A DNA stretch of 64,000 nt from a virus. Location: IMG/VR virus record IMGVR_UViG_3300021400_000206, positions 1,615-65,614 of that record; one strand, written 5' to 3'. Below are positions 9,525 to 20,095 of this stretch, piece after piece. How positions within the stretch are numbered: the first letter of the stretch is position 1; the number at the start of each line of letters is the position of its first letter. Made by a program: the position numbers and the translations under genes. Below the pieces are notes generated by a model that was not told where the DNA came from, made no database searches, and saw only the letters and a program-made list of their open reading frames with translations.

Positions 9525-9590
9525 AATTAAAACGTTTTAAAATTGTTAATAAATATTGTGAAAAACACTCAGTCCTTGTAACATATATAG

Positions 9591-10139
9591 CTAATGTCTC
9601 GCAACCCATCTTCCTTGCTTGGCTGGGTGCGCATATAAATCACATCCGTACACATAATTGTTCGCCAATAAAACATCAAGTGAATAGACTTCATTAATAC
9701 CTCCTACCTTATTAAGCCATTGCAAATCAACATGCCCAAAAGCGTTCTCAAAATACACTACAACCTCCATCATTTCATGTGGATTGATAGTTACGAACCG
9801 CTTTGTTCGCATATCCGAATTATACAAGAACGTTGGTATCATTGTCGCCTTTCCATCAAGGTCTATTTTAAAATGCTGCCTACATACTATCTGAACAGCA
9901 TTTGTGGTGTTTACTATTCTCAACTTAATAGCCAAATCTCCACTTGTCCCCATTGACAGCTCCCCATCTGAGCCGCATTCAAAAACGCCATACTCGGAAT
10001 AGCTCATAGAAGCTTCTTTAACCTCTATGCCATAAGGCTCTGGAAATAATTCTACGCCTTTCTGTTGTACGAACTCGGCTTCATCCTCACATGCTGCGAA
10101 GAATAACGCCATTGCTAAAATTAATCCTAATTTCTTCAT
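9591..10139 (-). CDS. Putative lipoprotein (182 aa)
   Basis: MKKLGLILAMALFFAAC lipobox. Confidence 0.75.
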   Translation of the reverse strand: MKKLGLILAMALFFAACEDEAEFVQQKGVELFPEPYGIEVKEASMSYSEYGVFECGSDGELSMGTSGDLAIKLRIVNTTNAVQIVCRQHFKIDLDGKATMIPTFLYNSDMRTKRFVTINPHEMMEVVVYFENAFGHVDLQWLNKVGGINEVYSLDVLLANNYVYGCDLYAHPAKQGRWVARH

Positions 10140-10151
10140 ATCATTTAATAT

Positions 10152-11402
10152 TTAACGTTGAACCCATCCATCCGTTCCTTTGAAAGCGTACATATCGCTT
10201 CCTACGAGAAAAGCTCCGTTACGTGTTATATCAAAACTCCATGCGTTGTTTTTATTAGACGTATTCCAAAAGCTTGAAGCAGCCAATGCAGCGTCCCATT
10301 CAAGGTATATCGTAACAGTGGAGTTATTAGCTATCGTAAAAGTGCTTATCGCACTCTTGCTTGAATTATACATGTATTGTGGAGCACCACTATAAGCATC
10401 CATTGTAAGGTGGAAGTCTGTTCTTGCAATAGTCTTGCTCGAACCGCTCTTATTTGTGATTTTCAGACAGAAGAATAGGTTGCCAGTCGATGAGCGTAAT
10501 GCCCATTTTGCTTCACCACCATCTGTAAAATCAGCCAAAGAGCGATATTCACCATTAAGAGCATAGCTGGCTGTAGTGTTCGCAAAAACATCACCCTCAA
10601 TACCACCTCCACTTTCAGATGCATCGTCATTAATATATAAACTCATCGGGCTGAGATTATAATCGCCTTGCTTTGGTAAAGGCATAAACTCGTATTGTCC
10701 GTCTTTGTAGCGATACAAACAGATATATACATCTGCGACAAAAGAGCCGCTGCCGCTTGGTATTAATATTGGTATTGTGCTTCCGCTTGGGTCGCCATCG
10801 CTCAAGATGTAATCGTCACAAGTGAATATATGCGTGCTAAAGTAAGGGCTATCTACATACGCCACCAACTTCCATTCGTTCAAGTTTAACTCAGACGATA
10901 CAAAGTCAATCGCTTGTAGGTTGATTATGTCATCGTCAGGGTCAAGGTCAACATATATAGTCATATACCTTGAAGAACTTCCACGATTGTACTTCCAACC
11001 TCCTTTTGGATAATTAACTTGTATTGGAGGTACTGCGCTATGATAATATCCGTAGCCAGAAGCAATATCTGTGTTGCCAAAATCGCTTAAACGGAATGGT
11101 TGTTGTGCTCCGCCTACAGGTTGGATATATTCCCAATCATTTGCAGATGCGTCCATTATAGCACCACCGCTTAACGTTCTGCTTTTCACGATGTCCTCTA
11201 CTGTTATGCCTTGTTTGGCAAGTTTTCTTTCAGCATTAGTGATGCCGCCTATTTTAGGGTAAGGGACGGGTTTGTAACGAGCAAATTTATTAATATGCTC
11301 ATCTTTACACAAACTCCCAAGGTCTGTGTGGCTTGTGCCCAATACTGCATTTACATCAGCAAAGCTGACTGGTGAAGAAATGATGTCGTTAGAATGTGCC
11401 AT
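10152..11402 (-). CDS. Putative tail/virion accessory protein (416 aa)
   Basis: N-terminal PVSFADVNAVLG...DLGSLC...INKFARYKPV and PFRLSDF motifs, resembling genes that usually follow Bacteroidales phage tail fibres. Confidence 0.65.
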   Translation of the reverse strand: MAHSNDIISSPVSFADVNAVLGTSHTDLGSLCKDEHINKFARYKPVPYPKIGGITNAERKLAKQGITVEDIVKSRTLSGGAIMDASANDWEYIQPVGGAQQPFRLSDFGNTDIASGYGYYHSAVPPIQVNYPKGGWKYNRGSSSRYMTIYVDLDPDDDIINLQAIDFVSSELNLNEWKLVAYVDSPYFSTHIFTCDDYILSDGDPSGSTIPILIPSGSGSFVADVYICLYRYKDGQYEFMPLPKQGDYNLSPMSLYINDDASESGGGIEGDVFANTTASYALNGEYRSLADFTDGGEAKWALRSSTGNLFFCLKITNKSGSSKTIARTDFHLTMDAYSGAPQYMYNSSKSAISTFTIANNSTVTIYLEWDAALAASSFWNTSNKNNAWSFDITRNGAFLVGSDMYAFKGTDGWVQR

Positions 11403-11404
11403 AA

Positions 11405-11656
11405 TTACACCACCTCCTTTCTTTTTCTGTATTCTGCGATTTCCTCTTTACTCATGCGGTAAGAGTATATCCCACCCGTACAATAGACAGGCTCTGTTTC
11501 GTTTTGGATAAGAATGGAATCAAGCTCAAAATCTCCGTACAGGATTATGTCGTATTCTTTGTCGTTTGGCTCTTTGACAAATACTACATTGTACGATTGG
11601 TGCATAGAATACACATCGCCCAATACCTTCACGTTTCCTCTAACCAATATCCTCAT
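11405..11656 (-). CDS. Hypothetical protein (83 aa)
   Basis: Abuts the 416-aa gene; minus-strand promoter TATATTTG at 11693-11700. Confidence 0.65.
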   Translation of the reverse strand: MRILVRGNVKVLGDVYSMHQSYNVVFVKEPNDKEYDIILYGDFELDSILIQNETEPVYCTGGIYSYRMSKEEIAEYRKRKEVV

Positions 11657-11692
11657 TGCTTCACTTCATTTTCGTTATCTTTGAATTTTGTG

Positions 11693-11803
11693 CAAATATA
11701 CGAATTAAATTCGTATAAATATACGTTTATAAAGAATATTTATACAAAATATGATGAAAAATTGAATATTTCTTGTAAAGAAATCGCTATTTTTGTATAT
11801 TTG
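11693..11803. promoter_or_regulatory. Divergent promoter pair
   Basis: TATATTTG on minus strand (11693-11700) and plus strand (11796-11803) with AT-rich repeats between. Confidence 0.6.
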
Positions 11804-11833
11804 CAGCAGTTTAAACCATAAAAAGTTACGATT

Positions 11834-12193
11834 ATGAGAAAGATTTTTTTGTTCTTGGTATTAATGATCGCCACGGTTTGTTCTGCTCAGAGGGTTGATA
11901 AGCCCGGCGAAGCGTATGACGTTTATTGCGAGGTGTCAACATCTGGGCTGTCTCAGGTTACGATTGAACTTGGTGGCACCAAATATTATATCGCAAAAGA
12001 GAAATGGGGAGATATAACATTCGAAAACGATGCTGATGTTCTTTCGTATATGAGCAAAAGAGGGTGGGAGTATGTAGAGAGAAACCCGGCAATCGGTGGA
12101 CGCTACTTCTTAAAAAAGAAAGTGTTCAGCGATGTAGAAGCAATGGAACATCTCGACATAATACCCGTAAAGAAGAAGAAAAGCAAGGATTAA
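11834..12193 (+). CDS. Secreted/periplasmic protein, moron-like
   Basis: Signal peptide MRKIFLFLVLMIATVCSA; own promoter; opposite orientation to neighbours. Confidence 0.75.
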   Translation: MRKIFLFLVLMIATVCSAQRVDKPGEAYDVYCEVSTSGLSQVTIELGGTKYYIAKEKWGDITFENDADVLSYMSKRGWEYVERNPAIGGRYFLKKKVFSDVEAMEHLDIIPVKKKKSKD

Positions 12194-12699
12194 GTCCCTG
12201 CTTTTCTTTTGTCTCTTATGTTCACATTCCTGCCGCCTTCCGCATGGCCTCCATGCTGATAAATAAAGATTTTCGATTCCGCATCTGCTACAGCCTTAAC
12301 CTTGCTATCCTCGTACATCTCTACGAAAACCCTGGCACCATCCGTTGCCACAACATTGAGCTCAGAGCCGTGGCGCACGTAGATATCGCTACTTGCCATT
12401 CCGTCTACTACCGCGTTCACTTTTGACTCGCCAAGCAACACAACCTTTCGTGCGTTCTTTACTTCTGCAGTGCAATTCAGATAGATTTCATTTTTACGAA
12501 GCAGACTATCCGGGAAATACTCCTTGATAAATGCAATATTCGGATAGTCGTTTGCGATACAAAAATCTATGCCGTTCAGATACTTGTCGATAAGCTCCTG
12601 TCTCGTTGAGTTCTTATCCCACTCCTTGTACCACTGGTCACAGAGACCGAGCTCACGGGCCCGATCTCTGAGTGTCTTATTCAAATTCTTTGTTTCCAT
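12190..12699 (-). CDS. Hypothetical protein with beta-repeat C-terminus (169 aa)
   Basis: Follows tape measure gene; ARELGLC..W..W and GIDFC motifs. Confidence 0.8.
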   Translation of the reverse strand: METKNLNKTLRDRARELGLCDQWYKEWDKNSTRQELIDKYLNGIDFCIANDYPNIAFIKEYFPDSLLRKNEIYLNCTAEVKNARKVVLLGESKVNAVVDGMASSDIYVRHGSELNVVATDGARVFVEMYEDSKVKAVADAESKIFIYQHGGHAEGGRNVNIRDKRKAGT

Positions 12700-12701
12700 A
12701 A

Positions 12702-15700
12702 TTAAGCTATATTAATTCTTTGTCCGTCCGGTGCCACGCTGTGCAGTATGTTGTATATGCGTTCTGCAGCATCGGCATTTCTTCTTGTATAGTTCGCGAT
12801 AGCTTCGAGCTGGGCGAGCTGTGCCCTTGCGATAACAGGCATCTCATCCTGCCCCTGTGCTACTTTAAGCAGCTCCATGATGGTCGCTCTCGTCGCAGAC
12901 ACATCAAGCCTGATGGCATTCAGGTAGCTTGCAACAAGATCGCCGGTCTCCTCAGTAAGGCTCTTTGCAGAGGCCGTTATGGAAGAAGAGCTACCACCTC
13001 CCTTTTCGACATATCCCTTACGCTCGAGTTCATCAAGGATATCGGTGATTGCGATAACCGTCATCTCTCCTGCCTGATTGAGTGCGTCGGCAATCTTCGT
13101 GATGGAAGTTGGATCAAGCTTTCCATTCTTCATCACCATCTCATTCTTAATGAGATCGTCGATGCCAAGCTGGTCAAAGGCTGCTTCAAGCACCTTTTTT
13201 GTTAGTATATTCTTGGTGATGTCACCAACAATCTCCTTTACGGTGTCGCGGAATGCCTTTGCAGCATCTTCACCTCTCTCCCATGCGCCAACGATAGCTT
13301 CGGTCAGGCGACTTGCCCAGTTGCTCAGGTCGATACTGTAGAGAGTGTTTGCCATATCAAGCGCAAAATTCTTGATCTGCTCGTCCATCTCTTTGAGCTG
13401 TTGGTCGTAGTCCATCAGCTTGTCAGCATCCGTTTTCTTCTTTCTGTCCTCTGCATTGCGCTGTTTCTGTATCTCGTCTCGCTGTTTCTTGAGGTTTGCA
13501 AGCATCTCGCGATACCCTCCGGTGGAATAGATACCGCCAAGGGCCTTCTCCATCGCGTCCTGGATATTCTTATACTCATATCCGAGTCTTCTTACTTCTC
13601 GCTGACTCTTCTGTATAGCACGGTCGAGTTTTTTGTCATGGAGCTGCGCCAAGCCGGTGATAGGACCTGTTATTATACCAACGGTATTTGATATAATACC
13701 GCCTACATCACCATTCATAGCACTTTTTAAGACATTCGTTGCCGACTTCACGCCTCCACCGATGGCACCTATGAAGTCTGCAGCATCTCCCCATCCTGCG
13801 GCGCGGCCATCCATACCCAAGGCATCGAACATGTTCGAAATCTGCTGGGCACCCTGCTGCAGGCCGTCGAAAGCTGACGATACATTTGACATGACCGTAG
13901 CAATAGATTTAAGATCCTCTGTTTTTATGCCGATCGACTTTAACAGGGCCTGTGCATTCTTCTGATTTTTTTCCAGTATCTCGAGCTCCGATTTGGCCAA
14001 GGCAAGCCTAATCTTGGCAGCAAGAATCTGTTCGTCAGAAGCCTTCGAATCGAGTTCTGCCTGTGCCTTACGAGCTTCGAGTAGCTTTTCCTGAGCAAGC
14101 TGAATCTTGATAGCATTGGCAGCAACCTCCGCATCCTGCTTGTCATATTTTCTACTCTGCAGCCCAGTAAGTCCACCGGTAGCGAACGTCATGAACGCTC
14201 CCTTATTGCCGCGTATCTTCGCAAGCTGGGATTCTACATTCTTGATGCTTTTGAGATATTTGTCTGCGTTGATAACTCCGTCGGCCAACTGCTTAACAAG
14301 ATTCTCTTTGATGAAGATTCCGGCATTCTCGGCTTCCTCTGCAGTCATCGCGAGGATGGCTGAGTAGAATTTCAGATAAGGCTCTGAGGTTTCAAACTGC
14401 TCAACTGCCAGCTTCTTGATCTCTTCCTGCTTCTGAATGATACGCGGGTCATTCTCACTGGCACCCTTCTTGCGCAGGTCGCTTATTTCGCGCTCAAGCT
14501 TTGCTATCTTTTCGGTTATCGAAAGCAGCTTGCTTGTAGCGTCAGCGGTCTTCTGCAGGCCATCGGTATAGTTATTAGTTATGAGGCTCACAATTTTCTT
14601 CCAGAGGTCGTAGGCACCATTGATACCCTTGAAGTGCTCCTTTGCCTCAGCATCAGTCATTCCCCAATCGATCGCCTGCATATTGTCAGGCAGAATGGAG
14701 CGAAGCTTCTTGGCAAGGGCTTCTGCCTGCTCGTCCCATACCGCACCATCTTTGAACGCAAGTTTTGCGAGATTCTCGTCTCCGCTCTTTTCGAGCAGGA
14801 TCTTATAGAGGTTCCACTGCTTGCTTCCTTTCTCGATATATTCCTGCATCTCCTTCACAGCCTTGTCAGCAGAGTCTTTATCGAACTTTAGAGTGTACTC
14901 CGCCTCAAGTTTATCGATTGAGGTGCCGAATTTCTTTCGAGCCTCGGTGTTGAGGCTAAGGCTATTCTTGATCTTCTCAAGTTCACCAAGGTAGTTGTCA
15001 ACGATGCTGGCACCTTTACCCTTCAAGCCGGGGAAGAACTTCTCAACGAGATCGATGGCTTTCTCGCGACCGTACTGAGCCTCGAACTTACGATACTCAT
15101 CAAGGAATGATTTGAGCTCTTCAAGTCTCGTCTTCGCTCTCTCAAGGGCACTATCCTTCTTAGTCCCATTATTCTTTTTGTCATGCTTGGTCTCGACATT
15201 AAGACTAAAGTGTTTGATAAGCTCGTTTACTGCATCAAGCAGGGGCTTTGAAGTTGTATATCTATCATAACCCTGCTCCTTGAAATAAGGCGATAGGGGA
15301 GATAGGGCATTCTCGCTTGGAAGAGCATCGAGTTTAAAGCCCATGCCTATCAATATTTTTCCACTCTCGTCAACACTCGTCTGCAGCTCATCCTTGTACT
15401 CAGTTACCTTCTTTTTGAGGTCTTCCATACTCATGTCTGCAGAGATGGGAATATTGATACCATGATCCTTCATGTAGTCGTTCACCTCCTTGCGCCACCC
15501 CGTGAGAATCTTGAAGGCACCACCAAGAGATTCCGTAACGGTTACGGGAAGAATAAGTGGGCTGTAATTGAACGTATTGTCAATAATTTTCTTGAACTCA
15601 GGGTAACGCGCCGTAATCTCTGTCTTGGCAATCTCGAACATACTTCTTACGCTGTCTACGACCTTGTCGCTCGTGTCTTCGCCGGTGATATACTTACTAA

Positions 15701-18449
15701 GCACACCATCCTTGTCGATCGTCTTCATGTATTCAGCGATGATACGAGGAAGGTTGTCGCTCTTTACCTGGAACTCGCTATTCATTATGCTGTCCCAAAA
15801 GAGCTGTGCATAGCTCTGCATATCCTTGCTGAACTCTTTGCGACCCATCCATTCTGTAGAGAGCATTTGGAATGTGCGGCGACCTACCTCAGTCGAGAGA
15901 TCCTGTCCCTTCTGAATCATGCGCTCCTTGATATCATTGTAGATCTCCGTGAGCTGTCTGTCGAAATTCTCTTTTTGCTGTGCATAGCTGTTGGTGAAGA
16001 TGCCTCCACTCATGTCAAACACACCGCCAAAGTCAAACTTGCGGTCGTTGGCTGCAGGAGTATTGGCCGCATTCTGCAGTCCGATGTAACGGGATATAGC
16101 CTCGAAGGTGTTTCCGCTTGAAAGCATCTGCTTCACTGTACGGCCAATCTCAACCAGATTCGTCTCGTACTTGCTGAGGGCGCGACCTGAGTTCGTAGCC
16201 TCCTTCTCTATAGCGATCAGCCTGTTGGCCAACTCGTCATAGTCGGAATAGTTCCAATTCTTCGTCTGCTTGATATAGTCGTTGATGGCATCCTGAAAGT
16301 CCTGCATGTTATCAGCAATACCCTCAGTATTCCACCTGTTCGTGCTCTCCTCTGCCTCGTCAAAAGCACCTGCCATTTCCTTTGCTGCGTGCTGTGCGCG
16401 CTGCAGCAGGTCAACTTGCTCCTTCAAAGAGAGCAGTTCCTTTTCCAAAGAGCCGGCAGACAGTCTGATGGCACCGCCGATGATGCTTGCTGCCTCGTCA
16501 GGGATAGCTTCCTTGATAGCATCCTTATAGCGGTCTATCATTTCCTTGATTTCCCTCTCGTTGCCTGTTGAAATAACAATATCGATTGGGTTGTTTTTTA
16601 CGAAGCTAAACAGCTCGTCGTAACGCTGCTTCATGCTTTCGAGTGATGCCGAATACGCCTCATTCATCTTGTTGCTGTTCATGAGCCAGTCGGTAGCAAA
16701 CCAAGCGAGCGCAGCAACTGCAGCCTGCAGCCCTAATGAAAGGAGGCCTGCTGATGATAGTGCGGTAGTCATAGACATAGACACCATGCGGAACGCAGCA
16801 GCAACGCCGCGCCCGTTCAGTATCAGTCTCCTCGTGACAGCATCTATTTGACCGATACGCATCATCTGCATGAGCAGTTGTCTGTTCTCGAGTTTTGTAT
16901 AATCGAGTCGTATAAGGGCCATCTTGTTCATTCTTCCGGCAAGGATGAGGTTGGTGCGCCACAGGGTTGCATCCTTGTTGCGGTTAAGAAGGCTTATCAT
17001 CTCCGACTTGTTAATCTCTCCTTGGATGAAACGCTCACGTATCTTGATGGCATTGAGCTGCTGCGCCTTCGCGATCGTCGCAGAGTAATACTCGTTGCCA
17101 AATGTTGCAAGTTTTGACATGAAGGACACAACCTTTGCCATTGATAATGCAGCAAACGTCGTCGCAATAACAGGTGTCAGATTATCGATATTTTCGATAA
17201 GCCATGTAAGACCCTGAACCATTCCTTTGAACATCTTACCGGTTATGCTCTCACCCTTGGCAAACTCTGAGAGCATAATCTGCCAAGCATCGACAAGGTT
17301 TGACCACTTACCTGTCAGTGTGTCGGCGAGGGTAAACTGCATGTTGTAGAAGCGACCGCCCTCATTCGTCATATCCCACAGCACTTTCTTTACCATCTCG
17401 AAAGGTACGGCTCGTTTTGAAATCAGATCAAACACTTCTCCCGTAGTCACAACCTTACCGTTGAGCTTCGTGAACTCGTCAGCCAAAGCCTGTACCATTG
17501 GGATGCCGGCCTCAGTGAACTGACGCAACTCCTGGCCTCTCAGAACGGCAGCAGAGCGCACCTGTCCGAAAGCCAATATCAGGCGGCCCATGTCGACACC
17601 AAGACCTGCAGACATATCAGCAAGTCTTCGGGTTGTATCATACATCTCTGCATACGGGACGTTGAAGGCGGCGACCTGCTTCGAATAAGTCACCAACTCC
17701 TTGAAGTTGAATGGAGATACTACAGCCAACTGCTTGATTTGGTTGAACATGGTGTTGGCCTGCTCAAGGTCTCCGAGGATTGACTGCAGGGCGATATGCT
17801 GCACCTCAAACTCGCCACCAACTTCGATGATGGATTTCAGCAGTCGCTCCGCACCATAGATTGACACATAGGTGCCTATCTGATTGGTGAGCTGGCCAAC
17901 GGCTCTTGTGGCTGCGCTCCCTTTCTCAACAATCTTGTCATACGAAGCGACCAAGTCCATGTTTGCCTTCGCATTCGCCTGCGTCTGAGCCGCAACATTC
18001 CTCTCTGCGTTCTGTTGCTCACGGAGAAGGCTGTTTACAACCTGCAGCACATTGCGCAATGCGGTATTCTGCGTAGTAAGCATGTCGCCGTTCCAGTCAT
18101 TGCCATTAAGACTCTGCAACTTCTCCAACTGATTACGAAAGTCCAATAGCTGCTTGGTAGCATGATCAAGTTTGTCGGTATCAACCGTTGCACTAAGCCT
18201 TCTGTTCGAAATTCTCTCGAGAGCATCGTCAATTCTCAGGAGCATTTTCTGATAATTCAGAGCATCCCGCACCGCTTTGCCGTTGTCGAATTTCACGGGC
18301 TTAATCTTGCCAAGAACAGTTGCAGAAGCAACAACCTTGTTCATGTCACCTTGTAAAATCTTTGTCATCTCAAGGATCTTACCGAGTGAGTTCGTGACAT
18401 TGTCACGAATACCCATCTCGAACCACATCTTGCCCAAATCTACTGCCAT
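12702..18449 (-). CDS. Tail tape measure protein (1915 aa)
   Basis: Tape-measure domain (LAVVSPF...LADMSAGLGVDMGRLILAFGQV...LRGQELRQFTEAGIP); very long, helical; position in tail operon. Confidence 0.95.
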   Translation of the reverse strand: MAVDLGKMWFEMGIRDNVTNSLGKILEMTKILQGDMNKVVASATVLGKIKPVKFDNGKAVRDALNYQKMLLRIDDALERISNRRLSATVDTDKLDHATKQLLDFRNQLEKLQSLNGNDWNGDMLTTQNTALRNVLQVVNSLLREQQNAERNVAAQTQANAKANMDLVASYDKIVEKGSAATRAVGQLTNQIGTYVSIYGAERLLKSIIEVGGEFEVQHIALQSILGDLEQANTMFNQIKQLAVVSPFNFKELVTYSKQVAAFNVPYAEMYDTTRRLADMSAGLGVDMGRLILAFGQVRSAAVLRGQELRQFTEAGIPMVQALADEFTKLNGKVVTTGEVFDLISKRAVPFEMVKKVLWDMTNEGGRFYNMQFTLADTLTGKWSNLVDAWQIMLSEFAKGESITGKMFKGMVQGLTWLIENIDNLTPVIATTFAALSMAKVVSFMSKLATFGNEYYSATIAKAQQLNAIKIRERFIQGEINKSEMISLLNRNKDATLWRTNLILAGRMNKMALIRLDYTKLENRQLLMQMMRIGQIDAVTRRLILNGRGVAAAFRMVSMSMTTALSSAGLLSLGLQAAVAALAWFATDWLMNSNKMNEAYSASLESMKQRYDELFSFVKNNPIDIVISTGNEREIKEMIDRYKDAIKEAIPDEAASIIGGAIRLSAGSLEKELLSLKEQVDLLQRAQHAAKEMAGAFDEAEESTNRWNTEGIADNMQDFQDAINDYIKQTKNWNYSDYDELANRLIAIEKEATNSGRALSKYETNLVEIGRTVKQMLSSGNTFEAISRYIGLQNAANTPAANDRKFDFGGVFDMSGGIFTNSYAQQKENFDRQLTEIYNDIKERMIQKGQDLSTEVGRRTFQMLSTEWMGRKEFSKDMQSYAQLFWDSIMNSEFQVKSDNLPRIIAEYMKTIDKDGVLSKYITGEDTSDKVVDSVRSMFEIAKTEITARYPEFKKIIDNTFNYSPLILPVTVTESLGGAFKILTGWRKEVNDYMKDHGINIPISADMSMEDLKKKVTEYKDELQTSVDESGKILIGMGFKLDALPSENALSPLSPYFKEQGYDRYTTSKPLLDAVNELIKHFSLNVETKHDKKNNGTKKDSALERAKTRLEELKSFLDEYRKFEAQYGREKAIDLVEKFFPGLKGKGASIVDNYLGELEKIKNSLSLNTEARKKFGTSIDKLEAEYTLKFDKDSADKAVKEMQEYIEKGSKQWNLYKILLEKSGDENLAKLAFKDGAVWDEQAEALAKKLRSILPDNMQAIDWGMTDAEAKEHFKGINGAYDLWKKIVSLITNNYTDGLQKTADATSKLLSITEKIAKLEREISDLRKKGASENDPRIIQKQEEIKKLAVEQFETSEPYLKFYSAILAMTAEEAENAGIFIKENLVKQLADGVINADKYLKSIKNVESQLAKIRGNKGAFMTFATGGLTGLQSRKYDKQDAEVAANAIKIQLAQEKLLEARKAQAELDSKASDEQILAAKIRLALAKSELEILEKNQKNAQALLKSIGIKTEDLKSIATVMSNVSSAFDGLQQGAQQISNMFDALGMDGRAAGWGDAADFIGAIGGGVKSATNVLKSAMNGDVGGIISNTVGIITGPITGLAQLHDKKLDRAIQKSQREVRRLGYEYKNIQDAMEKALGGIYSTGGYREMLANLKKQRDEIQKQRNAEDRKKKTDADKLMDYDQQLKEMDEQIKNFALDMANTLYSIDLSNWASRLTEAIVGAWERGEDAAKAFRDTVKEIVGDITKNILTKKVLEAAFDQLGIDDLIKNEMVMKNGKLDPTSITKIADALNQAGEMTVIAITDILDELERKGYVEKGGGSSSSITASAKSLTEETGDLVASYLNAIRLDVSATRATIMELLKVAQGQDEMPVIARAQLAQLEAIANYTRRNADAAERIYNILHSVAPDGQRINIA

Positions 18450-18467
18450 AGTATATATGTTTAATTG

Positions 18468-18877
18468 TTATAAAATCTTGTTCGTCATAAAATCGTTAAG
18501 AGAGAACTTCTTTCCGACGTAGCTCCTGTTCTTGCGCTTCTTTTTCCAAGCCTCAGTCAGGTCGCTCATCTCGTTCACCTCATCACTTGTTCCAAACATC
18601 GAACGCTCGTTCTTTTTCTCGCTCTTGTAGCTTATCACCGGCTGGTCTGCCACCATGAGATCTATCTGGCACATGGAATATCCATACCAATAATCAAAAG
18701 CCTTGATTCCGAACCTTCTTTCGAACAGGAACGGAAACTTCTCCGCTAAGGAGTAGGCTGCACCCCACCTCGTGCGGCTGGGCCAAGTTCGTGACGAGCC
18801 ATCATCATTGCTGTGTCCATCATCCCGGTCGCTAATATGGTAGCCACTACTAACGGGTCCGATTGAATTTTTTTTTT
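18468..18877 (-). CDS. Tail assembly chaperone extension (gpGT-like), probably reached by -1 frameshift
   Basis: The -1 frame is open from the A10 run (18868-18877) to 18468 and encodes ...LAEKFPFLFERRFGIKAFDYWYGYSMCQIDLMVADQP. Confidence 0.65.
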
Positions 18878-19210
18878 ACTTGCATCGAGGATTGCGACAA
18901 CCTCTACCTGGTCGATATCCACGATATAATAAAGCCATCGCCAATAGATATGGTACCATAAGTTCAGGAGAAAAGCCGTGAGAAGGCCGTTCCGGTGATT
19001 CAGCAGAATACAGGCTGCAGCCTTTACGTTTCGCTTAACAGGGTCTGTCTCCTTCAACATGATGTGTGAGAATTTCCTCACCGTCCGGTTCTTGAGCCAC
19101 CCGATGCGATGTTTCTTACCGCGCAACTCAACGGTCTCAGCTTCCTGCTCCATGATCTCGCTCGTCATGCGCTGCAGGTCAAATGTTGGCTGTTCTATAT
19201 CTTTCTTCAT
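18746..19210 (-). CDS. Tail assembly chaperone (gpG-like)
   Basis: Lies between tail tube and tape measure genes; contains slippery A10 run (SKKKI). Confidence 0.75.
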   Translation of the reverse strand: MKKDIEQPTFDLQRMTSEIMEQEAETVELRGKKHRIGWLKNRTVRKFSHIMLKETDPVKRNVKAAACILLNHRNGLLTAFLLNLWYHIYWRWLYYIVDIDQVEVVAILDASKKKIQSDPLVVATILATGMMDTAMMMARHELGPAARGGVQPTP

Positions 19211-19213
19211 AAT

Positions 19214-20095
19214 CTACTTCATTAACCGCTCACGAAGGGCCGACTTTACAGCCTCTCCATAGAGCGTGTAATTGTTCTCGCATTCATTGTCATTCACACA
19301 TACCACCTGCAGATTTTCATCAAGCAGGGTGGCACGTACCTCATCAACGCTCTTTCTGACACCGACGTACTTTCTGCATGGGGTGCGGTCCACGTAATTC
19401 CCGGAAAGGTAATGCCACCAAGGACAGAGCCACTGATTATAGTTCTTTACCTGCCGGAATGGAGTGATGGTCCGCTTCATCTTGAAATAATTATTCTCCC
19501 ACAGCCTTTCCCATGTACTCTTGAGCATGGGAGTGAGGCTGTGCCCGCCTTTGAGCCATGTATCTGTATAATGTTTACCGAATTGGCTTGCGATGAAGTT
19601 GAGGCCGTTTCTTGCTGCAAAATGGAAGTCGTTAGGATCGTCGGGGAACGGTCTCTCAGTGTAGTGCAGACATGGAACCATTCCCTCGAAGAAATCCGTC
19701 TCCTTCAACTCTGACACAGGGAACATATCATCGTTCCCATAGATGAATCTCTCGCTAAGACCGGGAATCTTATACATGTAGAGCTCAATAGCCCTGCTGT
19801 TGAAGGTGGGAAGGAACTCATCAGGCATAAAATCCTTATGGTAGACGATGTTTACACCTTCCTCATCCATCCAATCCTGCTTCTGACTCTCCATAGCAAG
19901 TATGACGAAAATCCTGTCTACGAACGGCATGAATTTCTTGATACACTGAATGAGGAGATGTTCTGTTCCCCAGCTGCGATAACGGACAAATTCGTATGGA
20001 TTGCTCTCATCGAACACCCTGTTACGCTTGATGAAACTCGACTGCCACTCTACATCGTCATGAAAGACCATTGGCACTACGTAGTCTATTCCCAT
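19214..20095 (-). CDS. Stealth-family hexose-1-phosphate transferase
   Basis: CR1 IDYVVPMV, CR2 RYRS...KFMPFVDRIF...HKDFMP..LPTFNSRAIE..YKIPGLSERFIYGNDDMF, CR3 H.LTP, CR4 CVND. Start taken at MGIDY. Confidence 0.88.
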   Translation of the reverse strand: MGIDYVVPMVFHDDVEWQSSFIKRNRVFDESNPYEFVRYRSWGTEHLLIQCIKKFMPFVDRIFVILAMESQKQDWMDEEGVNIVYHKDFMPDEFLPTFNSRAIELYMYKIPGLSERFIYGNDDMFPVSELKETDFFEGMVPCLHYTERPFPDDPNDFHFAARNGLNFIASQFGKHYTDTWLKGGHSLTPMLKSTWERLWENNYFKMKRTITPFRQVKNYNQWLCPWWHYLSGNYVDRTPCRKYVGVRKSVDEVRATLLDENLQVVCVNDNECENNYTLYGEAVKSALRERLMK

